In this document: piece by piece, positions 1 to 8,765 of the stretch
Layout: the number at the start of each line of letters is the position of its first letter
How positions within the stretch are numbered: position 1 is the stretch's first letter
NCBI RefSeq assembly: GCF_000237865.1
Contig: NC_017459.1
Location: forward strand, 2,610,001 to 2,642,000
DNA from: Haloquadratum walsbyi C23
GTDB taxonomy: Archaea > Halobacteriota > Halobacteria > Halobacteriales > Haloferacaceae
Length of the DNA stretch: 32,000 nucleotides
Reading direction: 5' to 3'
Notes under the pieces: generated by a model
What the model saw: only the letters and a program-made list of their open reading frames with translations
The model's database searches: none
What the model was told of the DNA's origin: nothing
Position numbers and translations under genes: made by a program

Positions 1-130
1 ACGACTGTTCGATGTGGCAAGTGGGCGTGTTACAGCAATCCATACAAATAGGGGGTCAATGTTCAACGCGGTTGTGACATAGCGGATATATTAAGTTATC
101 TAACTATTTGAGATTGCAATCGGTGAGTCA

Positions 131-458
131 ATAGCCTCGGGCGCGGTGATCCAAGGCTTTTGTTGGTTCCCTCAGCTGTGCGCTAGCACTCCTTGCTCGG
201 CAGTTCAAGTGGGACTCTGGCAAGCACCTGCTGGAGCGGCACCCCGAGATTCGGGAGGTGTATTTCTGGGGTGGTGGATTCTGGACGGTCGGATACTCCG
301 TGGGAACGACGCGACGGAAGCGACGTCGGAGGAAGTGGTTGAACAGTATATCGAGGAGACGGAACACTAGGTCGAGTGTCGGGCTTCACCCCTCATCCCT
401 TCGCCCCCGAAGCCGATGGGTCGGGGAATTCGCCCTCGCAGGTCGGTAGAGATCACCA
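131..458 (+). mobile_element. Internally deleted IS200/IS605-family derivative: left-end-like segment, 3' tnpA remnant and a hairpin region. Boundaries are approximate.
   Basis: 155-202 aligns with 25079-25125 (GGCTTTT.TTGGTTCC..CAGC.GTGCGCTAGCACTCC.TGCTCGGCA). 203-367 aligns with about 25432-25591 of the larger copy. The roughly 306 bp in between are absent. A hairpin GGCTTC(382-387)/GAAGCC(409-414) and a GGGGAATTCGCC..GCA tail resemble the right-end type seen at 25628-25707. Confidence 0.6.
201..370 (+). pseudogene. tnpA: C-terminal fragment of an IS200-type (Y1/HUH) transposase TnpA, frameshifted
   Basis: One frame reads ..LLERHPEIREVYFWGGGFWTVGYSVGTT. It then switches to the frame reading ..SEEVVEQYIEETEH*, with the stop at 368-370. 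This parallels ..LLERYPEVQEAYF*GGGFWMVSHSVGTTGVVSEEVIKRYIEETEH at 25.4-25.6 kb. The HUH-containing N-terminal part is missing. Confidence 0.65.
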
Positions 459-489
459 TGACGGTAGGGTATCATGCCAGCGAGGCGTA

Positions 490-981
490 TCATGGCATAT
501 ACCGAACAGCGACAACACCGGGGGCTGAGCGGATCTCAATACGATTACCCTCTAATCGTGCCGCTCGTTCGCACAGCGTTACCTTATCATCAAGAATATC
601 TGCAACCGCTTCAGTGGAGTTTTTCTCAGGGATCGTAATAATATGGATTTCCCCAGCACCAGCGCGGGGCTTACGCGTGATTTCCCCAACAGCCTGATTC
701 GCAGCAATCTGTTTTGTGTTTGCTGTTGGGGGTTCTATGCTTGTTTCAATGTCAACTGTCCGTGTTGCTGTTATCTCTGTAAGTTCATATACCACGTGTA
801 GCGGCGGCTTAGATTCGACAGTTCCATCAATGATACTTAATCGATCAGCATCAACAGCATCCTCCAGTGAATATACCTGCCCAGATTCCACATCTCTAAG
901 AACAGTCGATGATGCATCTGTGGCTGTCACAAGAAACGTTGAGTCGTGTCGTGTTGGGTTTGCGTCAGCCGATTCAGGCAT
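490..981 (-). CDS. Conserved hypothetical acidic protein (about 163 aa)
   Basis: The ORF track gives 490..1131. I prefer the internal ATG at 979-981 (MPESADANPTRHD..) because the upstream 50 aa are basic, low-complexity and AT-rich, unlike the acidic remainder. I recognise no catalytic motif. Confidence 0.55.
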   Translation of the reverse strand: MPESADANPTRHDSTFLVTATDASSTVLRDVESGQVYSLEDAVDADRLSIIDGTVESKPPLHVVYELTEITATRTVDIETSIEPPTANTKQIAANQAVGEITRKPRAGAGEIHIITIPEKNSTEAVADILDDKVTLCERAARLEGNRIEIRSAPGVVAVRYMP

Positions 982-1155
982 ATTAATATATTGACTCCTG
1001 AGATGTTTTGTGGTTTCGATAAAAGTAAGAATAGAGATTTGGTTTGTTGTGGAAGTACAAGAAGAGATCCTCGCGTTTTCGCGCCGAGAGGATGTCAAAT
1101 TGCGTTCTACAGATATTGGCTGTGAACACAATGTTCAGTGCGTGTTTTATTCGAG

Positions 1156-1695
1156 TTATCGAAATAGTAAATACGCACCTGCGATGCACCCGGCGCCAAT
1201 TAATGGAACGACCCAAGAGAATTCAATTGGAATTGCGTACAATCCAGCAACAAGTGGTTCAAACTCTCCAGTTCCGGTTGCTGGTGGACGAGTGACCGTT
1301 TCATCATCAAGACTGAACGTTGCCGGCATTGAGGCGACAACGCCTAAATACAATGATACTAAAAATCCAAATCCAGCCACAGCAACAGCAGCTTCGAGTC
1401 GTTTCGAAGCTGTCAGTCCACGACGGTGGCGTCGAGCAATGGCAAGTGTCGGTGCGACGGCTGGGAGGATGATGAGCAACCCAACAACAACATAAAATGC
1501 TCGTGAGAGCGTAAGAGACCCTCCTTGAATACTTGCTGTCCGCCCAATCAAGACAACGAGTGCAACAATAATAAAAAGTGCAATGAATGCTGTCGCGACG
1601 CCACTGATGAGCACATATAATTTAAACAATCGCGATGTGCTCGCGCGGAATGCATACGGGAACGCACCCAGAAGACCATCATATCCAGTAGCCAT
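1156..1695 (-). CDS. Integral membrane protein of unknown function (about 4 hydrophobic helices)
   Basis: The 179-aa ORF has four long hydrophobic segments, for example LYVLISGVATAFIALFIIVALVVLIG and AFYVVVGLLIILPAVAPTLAI. It starts with ATG and is divergent from pgi. Confidence 0.6.
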   Translation of the reverse strand: MATGYDGLLGAFPYAFRASTSRLFKLYVLISGVATAFIALFIIVALVVLIGRTASIQGGSLTLSRAFYVVVGLLIILPAVAPTLAIARRHRRGLTASKRLEAAVAVAGFGFLVSLYLGVVASMPATFSLDDETVTRPPATGTGEFEPLVAGLYAIPIEFSWVVPLIGAGCIAGAYLLFR

Positions 1696-2230
1696 TATCT
1701 GTATTTGAATATTATTAACCGTCTATATCTCTTATTCGATATAGCATAAATTCTGACCATATTGGCTATACAATTGGAAAATTCCTACTCACCAGTAGGT
1801 TTTCATCACCAATCAATACTGTACGCTAGATTTTGAGATAATATCATCTTAACTCTTTGAGGTTGATTTTCCATATCGTTTACATATAATTAAGAGGAAT
1901 AATTGAGGGTTTATTTATGAAGTAATTTATATTGATGCCCTGACTCTTTTATCCGGTGAATTATCTCATCATACGCACTGACTGTTTGGATGGTTCGTCG
2001 GTTACTGACAGAGAATTAACCTGTAGAATAACTCGTGACAAGCCCCAAGACACTCACCTTGCTCATTTGTAGATCACATACAGTGTTGAACGAATCAGGA
2101 GTGGACCACATACGGACATAGATAGATATGAGTCGGCTTTCATCCACCGTTTATATTATCTCTATTACATATCACCAATCAGACAATCATAATACTTACT
2201 TTTTTCTCAGCGGACACCACTCAATCCGGT

Positions 2231-3523
2231 ATGCAGGTTGATCTTGGTACGGTGTTCGATGCAACACCTGGCGTTACACAGGACGGACTTGAGCGGCTTG
2301 ATGAGCGGGTTGCGACAGCACACGAGCGGATTGAGCGGGGACGTCGGAATAATGAGCCCGGCTACGCAGCATTGAATCTTCCTGAGACGGTTGATACAAC
2401 TACAATTCACGATGCCGTCGCGTCATTTGAGGATCCAACTGCTATTCTCATTGTTGGGATTGGTGGAAGTGCGCTTGGTGCTGCAACGCTCGTTGACGCA
2501 CTTGGTGATGACACTGCCCCGTCGGTGTACGTACTTGATAATGTTGATCCGGCGTCAGTCTCACGTATACTTGAATCAATACCCCTCTCAGAGACCGTGC
2601 TCAATGTTGTTTCACGATCAGGAACAACAGCAGAGACACTCTCAAACTTTCTTGTTGTTCGTGAGGCGATGACAAAGGCTGGTGTTGACTGGACGGATCG
2701 AACGATTGTGACGACAGGCACCGACGGAAATCTTCGACAACTCGCCAAGTCAGAATCTCTTCCCGCATTGTCAGTCCCAGAGGGGGTTCCTGGGCGATTC
2801 TCTGTACTATCAACTGTTGGGCTTGTTGTCGCAGCGCTCAAAGGAATCCAGATCAATGAATTAATCACTGGTGCTGCGGACGCTGCAGCCGAACTTAGCG
2901 GGTCATTATTTGAAACACCGGCATATGCGTATGGTGCAACCACCTACGCGCTTGCAACCCGAGGGGCACGAACGAATGTAATGATGCCATATGCTGAGAA
3001 TCTTGAGACATTTGCTGAGTGGTTTGCACAATTATGGGCTGAAAGTCTCGGGAAAGATAATCGTGGACAGACACCTATCCGAGCACTCGGTGCAACAGAC
3101 CAACATTCACAATTGCAACTATATCGTGCAGGACCGCATAATAAAGTCATCACCCTCATGCGACCACGCAATCGTCCATCATGCACAATCCCCTCGACTG
3201 ATTTGGATGGACTATCATATCTTGGTGGATCAGATCTTGGGTCGCTCCTCGACGCTGAGTTCGAAGCAACAGAAGCAAGCCTTGTTGATGCTGATATTCC
3301 GACAATCCGTGTTGAGATCAATGCTATCGACGCACAGAGCCTGGGAGCATTACTCTATGAGTTTGAAGCGGCATGTATATGCTATGGCGAACTTGCATCA
3401 GTGCCGACATTTACCCAACCAGCTGTTGAGTGGGGGAAACGAGCCGCTCGGGGACTACTTGGAGATGACAACTTTATCGAGGCAGCAGCTGTCGCTGATA
3501 AGCCTACGCTTCGAGTCGAATAA
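2231..3523 (+). CDS. pgi: Glucose-6-phosphate isomerase
   Basis: 430 aa. Sugar-isomerase (SIS) fold motifs ILIVGIGGSALGA and VVSRSGTTAET are present, with a PGI-like C-terminal half (..GATDQHSQLQLY..). Confidence 0.85.
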   Translation: MQVDLGTVFDATPGVTQDGLERLDERVATAHERIERGRRNNEPGYAALNLPETVDTTTIHDAVASFEDPTAILIVGIGGSALGAATLVDALGDDTAPSVYVLDNVDPASVSRILESIPLSETVLNVVSRSGTTAETLSNFLVVREAMTKAGVDWTDRTIVTTGTDGNLRQLAKSESLPALSVPEGVPGRFSVLSTVGLVVAALKGIQINELITGAADAAAELSGSLFETPAYAYGATTYALATRGARTNVMMPYAENLETFAEWFAQLWAESLGKDNRGQTPIRALGATDQHSQLQLYRAGPHNKVITLMRPRNRPSCTIPSTDLDGLSYLGGSDLGSLLDAEFEATEASLVDADIPTIRVEINAIDAQSLGALLYEFEAACICYGELASVPTFTQPAVEWGKRAARGLLGDDNFIEAAAVADKPTLRVE

Positions 3524-3656
3524 TGCATTCATCTAAGCATCAATCAATATCAAACCGCAGGTTGCATCAAATGAAGAATATCTCAAGTAGCGCAGGAGAT
3601 AATATGTGGGCTTATGAATGTCCGGAAATGCCATTTAAATATATGAAGGTGATGTA

Positions 3657-5522
3657 ATGGCAGGCGCTGGTGGTAATCTTATTGCTGTTGTGGCTGCAAT
3701 CATTGGGATTGGGGTCATTGCACAGATTCTCTCAGACCGATTCCAGGTCCCAAGCGTCGTCTTTCTTATTACTGCGGGAATCATCTTAGGACCTGAGGTA
3801 CTCGGGGTTGTCGGACCGGATTCATTCGGAAGTGCACTAAGCGCTATTGTTGGACTTTCAGTTGCAATCATTGTTTTTGAAGGAGCATTCCATCTTCGAA
3901 TACAGAAGCTTCGAGAAGCCCCGACAGCAACACTCAAACTGGTCACAATCGGCGCTGGTATTGCGCTTATCGGCACAGCCATTACGGTTCGTTTTCTCCT
4001 CTCAACAAGCTGGAACGTTGCCTTTCTTGTGGGCGCACTTTTAGTCGCAACCGGACCAACTGTCGTCACGCCGATTCTTGAGGTTGTTCCGGTTCGTGAC
4101 CGTGTAGAGGCTGCTCTTGAGACAGAGGGAATCGTTAATGACGTTACAGCGGCAATTCTTGCTATTGTAATATTTGAAGCGATTACCGCTGGTGTAACAC
4201 AACCAGGCGCATTGCTACAGCTATTCACCGAGCGACTTGGGATTGGACTATTAATTGGCGCGATTGTGGCTACATTGTTAGTGTATGGGCTTCAATATAT
4301 TGACCTTTCACCCGGAAATGCGCCCCAAAATGCGCGATTACTCGTATTAGCAGGCGCTTTGGTTGCATATGGGGCAGCAGATTTCATCGCCACAGAGGCT
4401 GGAATTGCCGCTGTCGCGACTGCAGGTATCATTCTTGGAAACATCGATATCCCATATGAAGAGGAGATTTCAGCATTTAAAGGAGACATCACACTCATTG
4501 TCCTCTCATTCGTTTTTATTGCACTTGCTGCACTTTTAGAGTTCGAGATTCTCAGGATGATTGGTCTTCCTGGACTTGGGATTACTGCCATTGTTGCGCT
4601 TGTTCTACGACCATTACTTGTATTCATCTCGACACGTGGGGATCGATTCACCAGCGGCGAGCAATTATTCATGAGCTTTGTTGGTCCACGGGGAATTATT
4701 CCAGCATCGGTAGCGACTCTGTTTGCCATTGAACTTCGAAATGCCGGGATGGATCAAGCAGCAAATATACTTGTTGGGACAGTATTTTTGGTTATTCTCA
4801 TCACCGTTGTTGCTGAGGGTGGTTTCGCCAGACAAATTGCAGAGTATCTTGATATCATACCTATGCGTGTACTTGTTGTCGGAGGCGGGACAGTTGGCCG
4901 TGCGCTTGCTGACCGTCTTGAAAACCGTGGAGAGAATGTAGTGCTCATTGAACAATCACAGGAAGTCGTTGAAGTTGGTCGAAATGAGGGTTTGGCAGTC
5001 CATCATGGCGATGGGACCGATACTGATGTACTCGCGTCAGCCGGCGGTGATAACGCTCGGATTGTTGTGGGTGCGACCGGTGATGATGATGTTAATTTAC
5101 TAGTCTCACAACTCGCGCGCTCAAAGTTTGACCCTGAGACAATCCTTGCACGGGTAAACAACCCTGATAATGCAGAAGCATTCGAAGATCTGGGCGTTCG
5201 GAATATTTCGACGTCGATTGCAACTGCACAAGCACTGGATAACTACATTGAACGACCAGCAATGATGGACTGGATGGGTGAGATTGGTTATTCTGGGGAT
5301 ATCCAAGAGATTGAGGTCACATCTGAAGATCTTATTGGACGACCAATTCGCGACATTGGTCCAGAATTACCTCCAGACTCACTCATTGCATTAATCAAGC
5401 GGGACGGTAATATTCGTGTTCCTGAAGCCGACCTTACCCTCGAACATGGTGATCAGGTGACTGTCATTGGTGGTCGCGATGAGGTTAAAGATGCAATTAA
5501 ATTTATTCATCCAGATAAATGA
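3657..5522 (+). CDS. Cation/proton antiporter (CPA/Kef-type) fused to RCK (TrkA-N / TrkA-C) regulatory domains
   Basis: 621 aa. The first roughly 390 aa are a run of hydrophobic helices typical of Na+(K+)/H+ exchangers. They are followed by a Rossmann motif VLVVGGGTVGRALADRLE and a C-terminal RCK-C-like segment (..IQEIEVTSEDLIGRPIRDI..GDQVTVIG). Confidence 0.85.
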   Translation: MAGAGGNLIAVVAAIIGIGVIAQILSDRFQVPSVVFLITAGIILGPEVLGVVGPDSFGSALSAIVGLSVAIIVFEGAFHLRIQKLREAPTATLKLVTIGAGIALIGTAITVRFLLSTSWNVAFLVGALLVATGPTVVTPILEVVPVRDRVEAALETEGIVNDVTAAILAIVIFEAITAGVTQPGALLQLFTERLGIGLLIGAIVATLLVYGLQYIDLSPGNAPQNARLLVLAGALVAYGAADFIATEAGIAAVATAGIILGNIDIPYEEEISAFKGDITLIVLSFVFIALAALLEFEILRMIGLPGLGITAIVALVLRPLLVFISTRGDRFTSGEQLFMSFVGPRGIIPASVATLFAIELRNAGMDQAANILVGTVFLVILITVVAEGGFARQIAEYLDIIPMRVLVVGGGTVGRALADRLENRGENVVLIEQSQEVVEVGRNEGLAVHHGDGTDTDVLASAGGDNARIVVGATGDDDVNLLVSQLARSKFDPETILARVNNPDNAEAFEDLGVRNISTSIATAQALDNYIERPAMMDWMGEIGYSGDIQEIEVTSEDLIGRPIRDIGPELPPDSLIALIKRDGNIRVPEADLTLEHGDQVTVIGGRDEVKDAIKFIHPDK

Positions 5523-5556
5523 TTCACGGTTTGAGGAGATAGTATCAAGACATGAG

Positions 5557-5940
5557 TTACTTTGTAACTGGTTTGAAATTTTGTGTGTGAATCCATCGAA
5601 TGGCGATTGCCCAGTAGATAATAACAAACGCAAAAAGAGCATACCACTGTATGGAGTCGAATGCGGGCTGGGGAAATGGCATATTCGAAACGATCCACAT
5701 CATGATTAATCCACCTGCGAGGACACATATTGTTCCAATGGTGAGTCCGTGATTTTGTGTTGACTCAGTCTCTCGGGCTTGTTCTGTCGATGACTGGGGA
5801 CTGGTATCGACGTCAGCGCTCGCCTTATCTGTTGTATCGATATCGGTATCAGCGCTTGAATTTGAGGCCATTGAGAGAGATAATGAATATGATGTGGATG
5901 AAATGGAAGTAGACAGCGGATTATGTCGTCTCATCATCAT
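5557..5940 (-). CDS. Small hypothetical membrane protein with a Ser/Thr/Asp-rich N-terminus and two C-terminal hydrophobic helices
   Basis: 127-aa ORF convergent with the antiporter gene. The helices are LTIGTICVLAGGLIMMWIV and WYALFAFVIIYWAIAI. I recognise no homology, so the coding status is uncertain. Confidence 0.4.
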   Translation of the reverse strand: MMMRRHNPLSTSISSTSYSLSLSMASNSSADTDIDTTDKASADVDTSPQSSTEQARETESTQNHGLTIGTICVLAGGLIMMWIVSNMPFPQPAFDSIQWYALFAFVIIYWAIAIRWIHTQNFKPVTK

Positions 5941-6159
5941 AGATACTACGAGTCTATGAAAACAAGAGTGTGTTCAATCTAGGTGTAATTTAATTGAGGA
6001 CGCTAAGTCATCTTACCAAGCGGCAAAGTGCGAGCAGCCATAAAATACGGCGCCCACACAAATCACATGTGCATTTTTATTCCACGGTTACTACTCTCGC
6101 GGTCAAACAATGTAATGCGAGGTTCTTCATATCTCTGAGAGTGTTCAAACGCAAACAGG

Positions 6160-6325
6160 AAGCGCACGCGCGTAATTACGGGGCTACGTATCTATCCGGT
6201 ATGAGAAACGGTCCGAACCGGGTATGATTGGAAGCCGTTTGCGGAGTCTGGAACTGCTGTGTCCATGTCGGATGCAATTCGGATGTGAAGTACCTCAGCG
6301 TCACATCAAAGCCCCGGCATACGCC
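6160..6325. ncRNA. Candidate structured RNA or small element (GC-rich self-complementary island). Strand and identity unknown.
   Basis: Long-range complementary arms GCGTA....CGGGGC (about 6163-6177) and GCCCCG...TACGC (about 6311-6324) enclose nested hairpins: AAACGG 6206-6211 with CCGTTT 6235-6240, and GATGTG 6282-6287 with CACATC 6302-6307. GC content is clearly above the flanking AT-rich spacer. Confidence 0.25.
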
Positions 6326-6451
6326 TTGTCTGCCTGTAGAAACAGGAAGCACTACTCTCATAAGCAAGGGGTGAGGTGCTCTGAGCGCCGGCGGGTGGGG
6401 TAATTTGCTCTTTCGACGCGCTTATACAAGTGTGACGGTTACATAACTGGG

Positions 6452-7915
6452 ATGAGTGATCGGGCTCTCGAAATTATCGAGTTTCTCCTTACAGCGCATC
6501 TTTACACCGAGGACCGCGATCGAGATGAAAACGATCTCCCCCCACGGTACCGAAGAGTGTTCTGGACGGAGCGAAGTGACGATAGCGACAGCGACAGCAA
6601 CTCCGATACCGGCGCCACTGCGGGTTCAGCTTCAGAGCCATCTGCGGACGCTCCTGATGATGCGACAGACATGCCCGTCGGTATTGAACGACCGCTTGTT
6701 GTGACAAACACCGTTGCGCGGAAAGCGACTGGCGTTGAGCATCCTTGGGATGCAGTCTCTGATCTCTTGTTTACTCAACAAGAGGACTTCTCTGGTCGTA
6801 TTTCATTAACCCAACCAGATATGGCAATTGAGTGGTATATAGAGCGAGCAGACCACGAGCGATTGCAAACAAACGCAACGATTGCGGCTGCCGTTGAGGA
6901 TCACGACGACATTGATATAACATATGCGGAGGCACACGAACGCACGCGTCCAATCCATGCTGACCGTGTCTGGATTGATAGTCTCCTTGAGCAGTACTTC
7001 GACGATGATGAGGACGAAGACGCAGAGATGCTTGATCTTGTCCAAGTCAGAGCGCCTGAAGAAATTGAGATGACACTCAATGATCTTGTGCTAACTGGAG
7101 ATCAAGAAGGTGAGATTAAGAAATTGATGAAGGCAATCGAACATCGCGAATATCTCGCAAATATCGGGCTCCGTGAGATTGGGAAGATACTCTTCGTCGG
7201 ACCGCCAGGAACAGGAAAAACAACCGTTTCCCGAGCACTTGCACACGAGTTAGGACTCCCATTCGTTGAGGTTAAACTCTCGATGATTACAAGTCAGTAT
7301 CTTGGTGAGACCGCAAAAAATGTTGAAAAAACGTTTGAGGTAGCAAAACGTCTCTCACCATGCATTCTGTTTATCGATGAATTTGACTCGGTTGCGAAAA
7401 CACGTCGTTCAGATGAACATGCAGCGCTCAAGCGTGCAGTTAATACGCTGCTCAAAAGCATCGATGACATATCGTTGATTCGCGACGAGGTCATTTTAAT
7501 TGGTGCGACAAATCATCCGGACCAACTTGATGCAGCAGCGTGGCGACGATTTGACGAGATTGTCAACTTTCCGAAACCCGACCGAAATATGCGGGCTGAC
7601 ATTCTCAAGATTATCACAGACCGGATGGATATCACCGAATTTGATCCAGTCTCAATCGCAGAACGGACCGATGGTCTCACTGGATCAGACCTTCGGATGG
7701 TGCTTCGTGAAGCTGTACTTGAAGCGCTCACAGAAGAGCGAACAACGCTCACGCAACGCGATATTATCAATGCAGTTGAAGACTTTGAAGAGCGTGATAA
7801 TCTGAAGAATATGAATATGATGTCTGATGGTGATCAATTAGTTGCAGGTGATGGGAGTGGCAAAACGGATACAGCTGAGACCGACCATGACCACGACCAC
7901 GACCACAATCACTAA
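6452..7915 (+). CDS. AAA+ ATPase (single Cdc48/FtsH-like AAA module) with a roughly 230-aa acidic N-terminal domain of unknown function
   Basis: 487 aa. Walker A is GPPGTGKT and Walker B is ILFIDEFD. The sensor and arginine-finger region is GATNHPDQLDAAAWRRFD. The C-terminal tail is DHDHDHDHNH. Confidence 0.85.
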   Translation: MSDRALEIIEFLLTAHLYTEDRDRDENDLPPRYRRVFWTERSDDSDSDSNSDTGATAGSASEPSADAPDDATDMPVGIERPLVVTNTVARKATGVEHPWDAVSDLLFTQQEDFSGRISLTQPDMAIEWYIERADHERLQTNATIAAAVEDHDDIDITYAEAHERTRPIHADRVWIDSLLEQYFDDDEDEDAEMLDLVQVRAPEEIEMTLNDLVLTGDQEGEIKKLMKAIEHREYLANIGLREIGKILFVGPPGTGKTTVSRALAHELGLPFVEVKLSMITSQYLGETAKNVEKTFEVAKRLSPCILFIDEFDSVAKTRRSDEHAALKRAVNTLLKSIDDISLIRDEVILIGATNHPDQLDAAAWRRFDEIVNFPKPDRNMRADILKIITDRMDITEFDPVSIAERTDGLTGSDLRMVLREAVLEALTEERTTLTQRDIINAVEDFEERDNLKNMNMMSDGDQLVAGDGSGKTDTAETDHDHDHDHNH

Positions 7916-7926
7916 TCTAAGTTATA

Positions 7927-8751
7927 ATGTTGGTCACATTACTTGGAACGGGCGATACAACTGGGACGCCGACTGTTGGATGCGATTGCAACACCTGCGA
8001 GCACGCTCGACAGCGCGATATCGAGCGAACCCGGTTTTCTGTTCATATTGAAAACCCTCGCCGCAATGAGTCAATTCTTATTGACTTTAGTCCGGATTTT
8101 CGACAGCAGTTTCTTCAGCGTAACGTTTCCTTTCCGGATGCCGGTATAATCACTCATATTCATTTTGATCATCTTGATGGACTTGGAAACGCGTATCGGC
8201 TTTGTGATGACCTGCCGATACATGCAGCAAATGAAACTGACCCACAGACAACTGAAAGTGTTGCTGAGACTGTGGCCCGAAAATATAGTTATCTTGATCA
8301 AGTCACAGTCAATCCACATTCTCCGTTTGAAGTGTTTGAGATCTGTGGTCTCGACATTCAACTTGTTCCTGTTGATCATCCCCCATTATACTGTTATGGA
8401 GTCGTCATTGAAGACCCCGTGACCAATACAAAGCTGTCTCTCTCCGGGGATACAAGCTACGGAGTTCCATCTGAGTCACAGGATGCGTTGTCCAATCCAG
8501 ATCTATTCCTCGCAGATGCTATTGTCCCTGCCTCAATGTGTGAGCATCATCCGCTCGGTGGAAAACATCATAATAAGGATGGGGTCCCCCGAACGTTTGG
8601 AACTAAACATATGACCCGGGAAGGGGCATGCGACCTTGCAGAGGCACTTGATGCGGACAAAACAAGGTTTGTGCATACTGGTCATTATTATCCGGCTGAT
8701 GAAGCATTTGAAGATCCACTCGCTATTGATGGCGAAGAATATCGATTGTGA
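7927..8751 (+). CDS. Metallo-beta-lactamase-fold hydrolase (PhnP/PqqB-like)
   Basis: 274 aa. The HxHxDH motif is THIHFDHLDG. The N-terminus reads LLGTGDTTGTPTVGCDCNTC. Only 11 bp separate it from the AAA+ gene on the same strand, so co-transcription is likely. Confidence 0.8.
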   Translation: MLVTLLGTGDTTGTPTVGCDCNTCEHARQRDIERTRFSVHIENPRRNESILIDFSPDFRQQFLQRNVSFPDAGIITHIHFDHLDGLGNAYRLCDDLPIHAANETDPQTTESVAETVARKYSYLDQVTVNPHSPFEVFEICGLDIQLVPVDHPPLYCYGVVIEDPVTNTKLSLSGDTSYGVPSESQDALSNPDLFLADAIVPASMCEHHPLGGKHHNKDGVPRTFGTKHMTREGACDLAEALDADKTRFVHTGHYYPADEAFEDPLAIDGEEYRL

Positions 8752-8765
8752 TGTGTCCATATAAA

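Noticed and set aside
1010-1495. A 161-aa + strand ORF overlapping the 1156..1695 membrane protein gene, plus other short ORFs at 983..1295.
   Set aside because: The minus-strand ORF has coherent transmembrane helices. The + strand product is a low-complexity, Thr/Ser/Arg/Ala-rich shadow.
2407-2943. Long ORFs antisense to real genes. Examples are 2407..2943 and 2944..3321 opposite pgi, and 3635..4228 and 4292..4729 opposite the antiporter. Others are 12647..13219 opposite the zinc-ribbon gene, 13614..13931 opposite the wHTH gene, 14967..15266, 20272..20685 and 20741..21139 opposite aconitase.
   Set aside because: Their products are Ser/Arg/Ala/Thr-rich, basic and low-complexity, and they carry no motifs. 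The opposite-strand ORFs have clear family signatures and halophile acidic composition. They are typical shadow ORFs.
3634-3644. TTTAAATATAT upstream of the antiporter ATG, and similar TATA-like tracts before other genes, as promoter calls.
   Set aside because: AT-rich TATA-like strings are ubiquitous in these spacers. Here the spacing to the ATG (about 19 nt from the box centre) does not fit the usual spacing of about -26/-27 for a leaderless transcript. Without TSS data I did not list promoters as features.
6143-6420. The idea that the GC-rich island is SRP (7S) RNA or RNase P RNA.
   Set aside because: The CCTGT-AGAA-ACAGG-AAGCA stretch superficially resembles SRP helix 8 (GNAR loop followed by AGCA). 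However, I could not build the long helix 5 or 5'/3' end pairing. The segment is too short on the 3' side, since the AAA+ CDS begins at 6452. No GAGGAAAGUCC-type RNase P CR-I motif occurs on either strand. I kept it only as an unclassified candidate.
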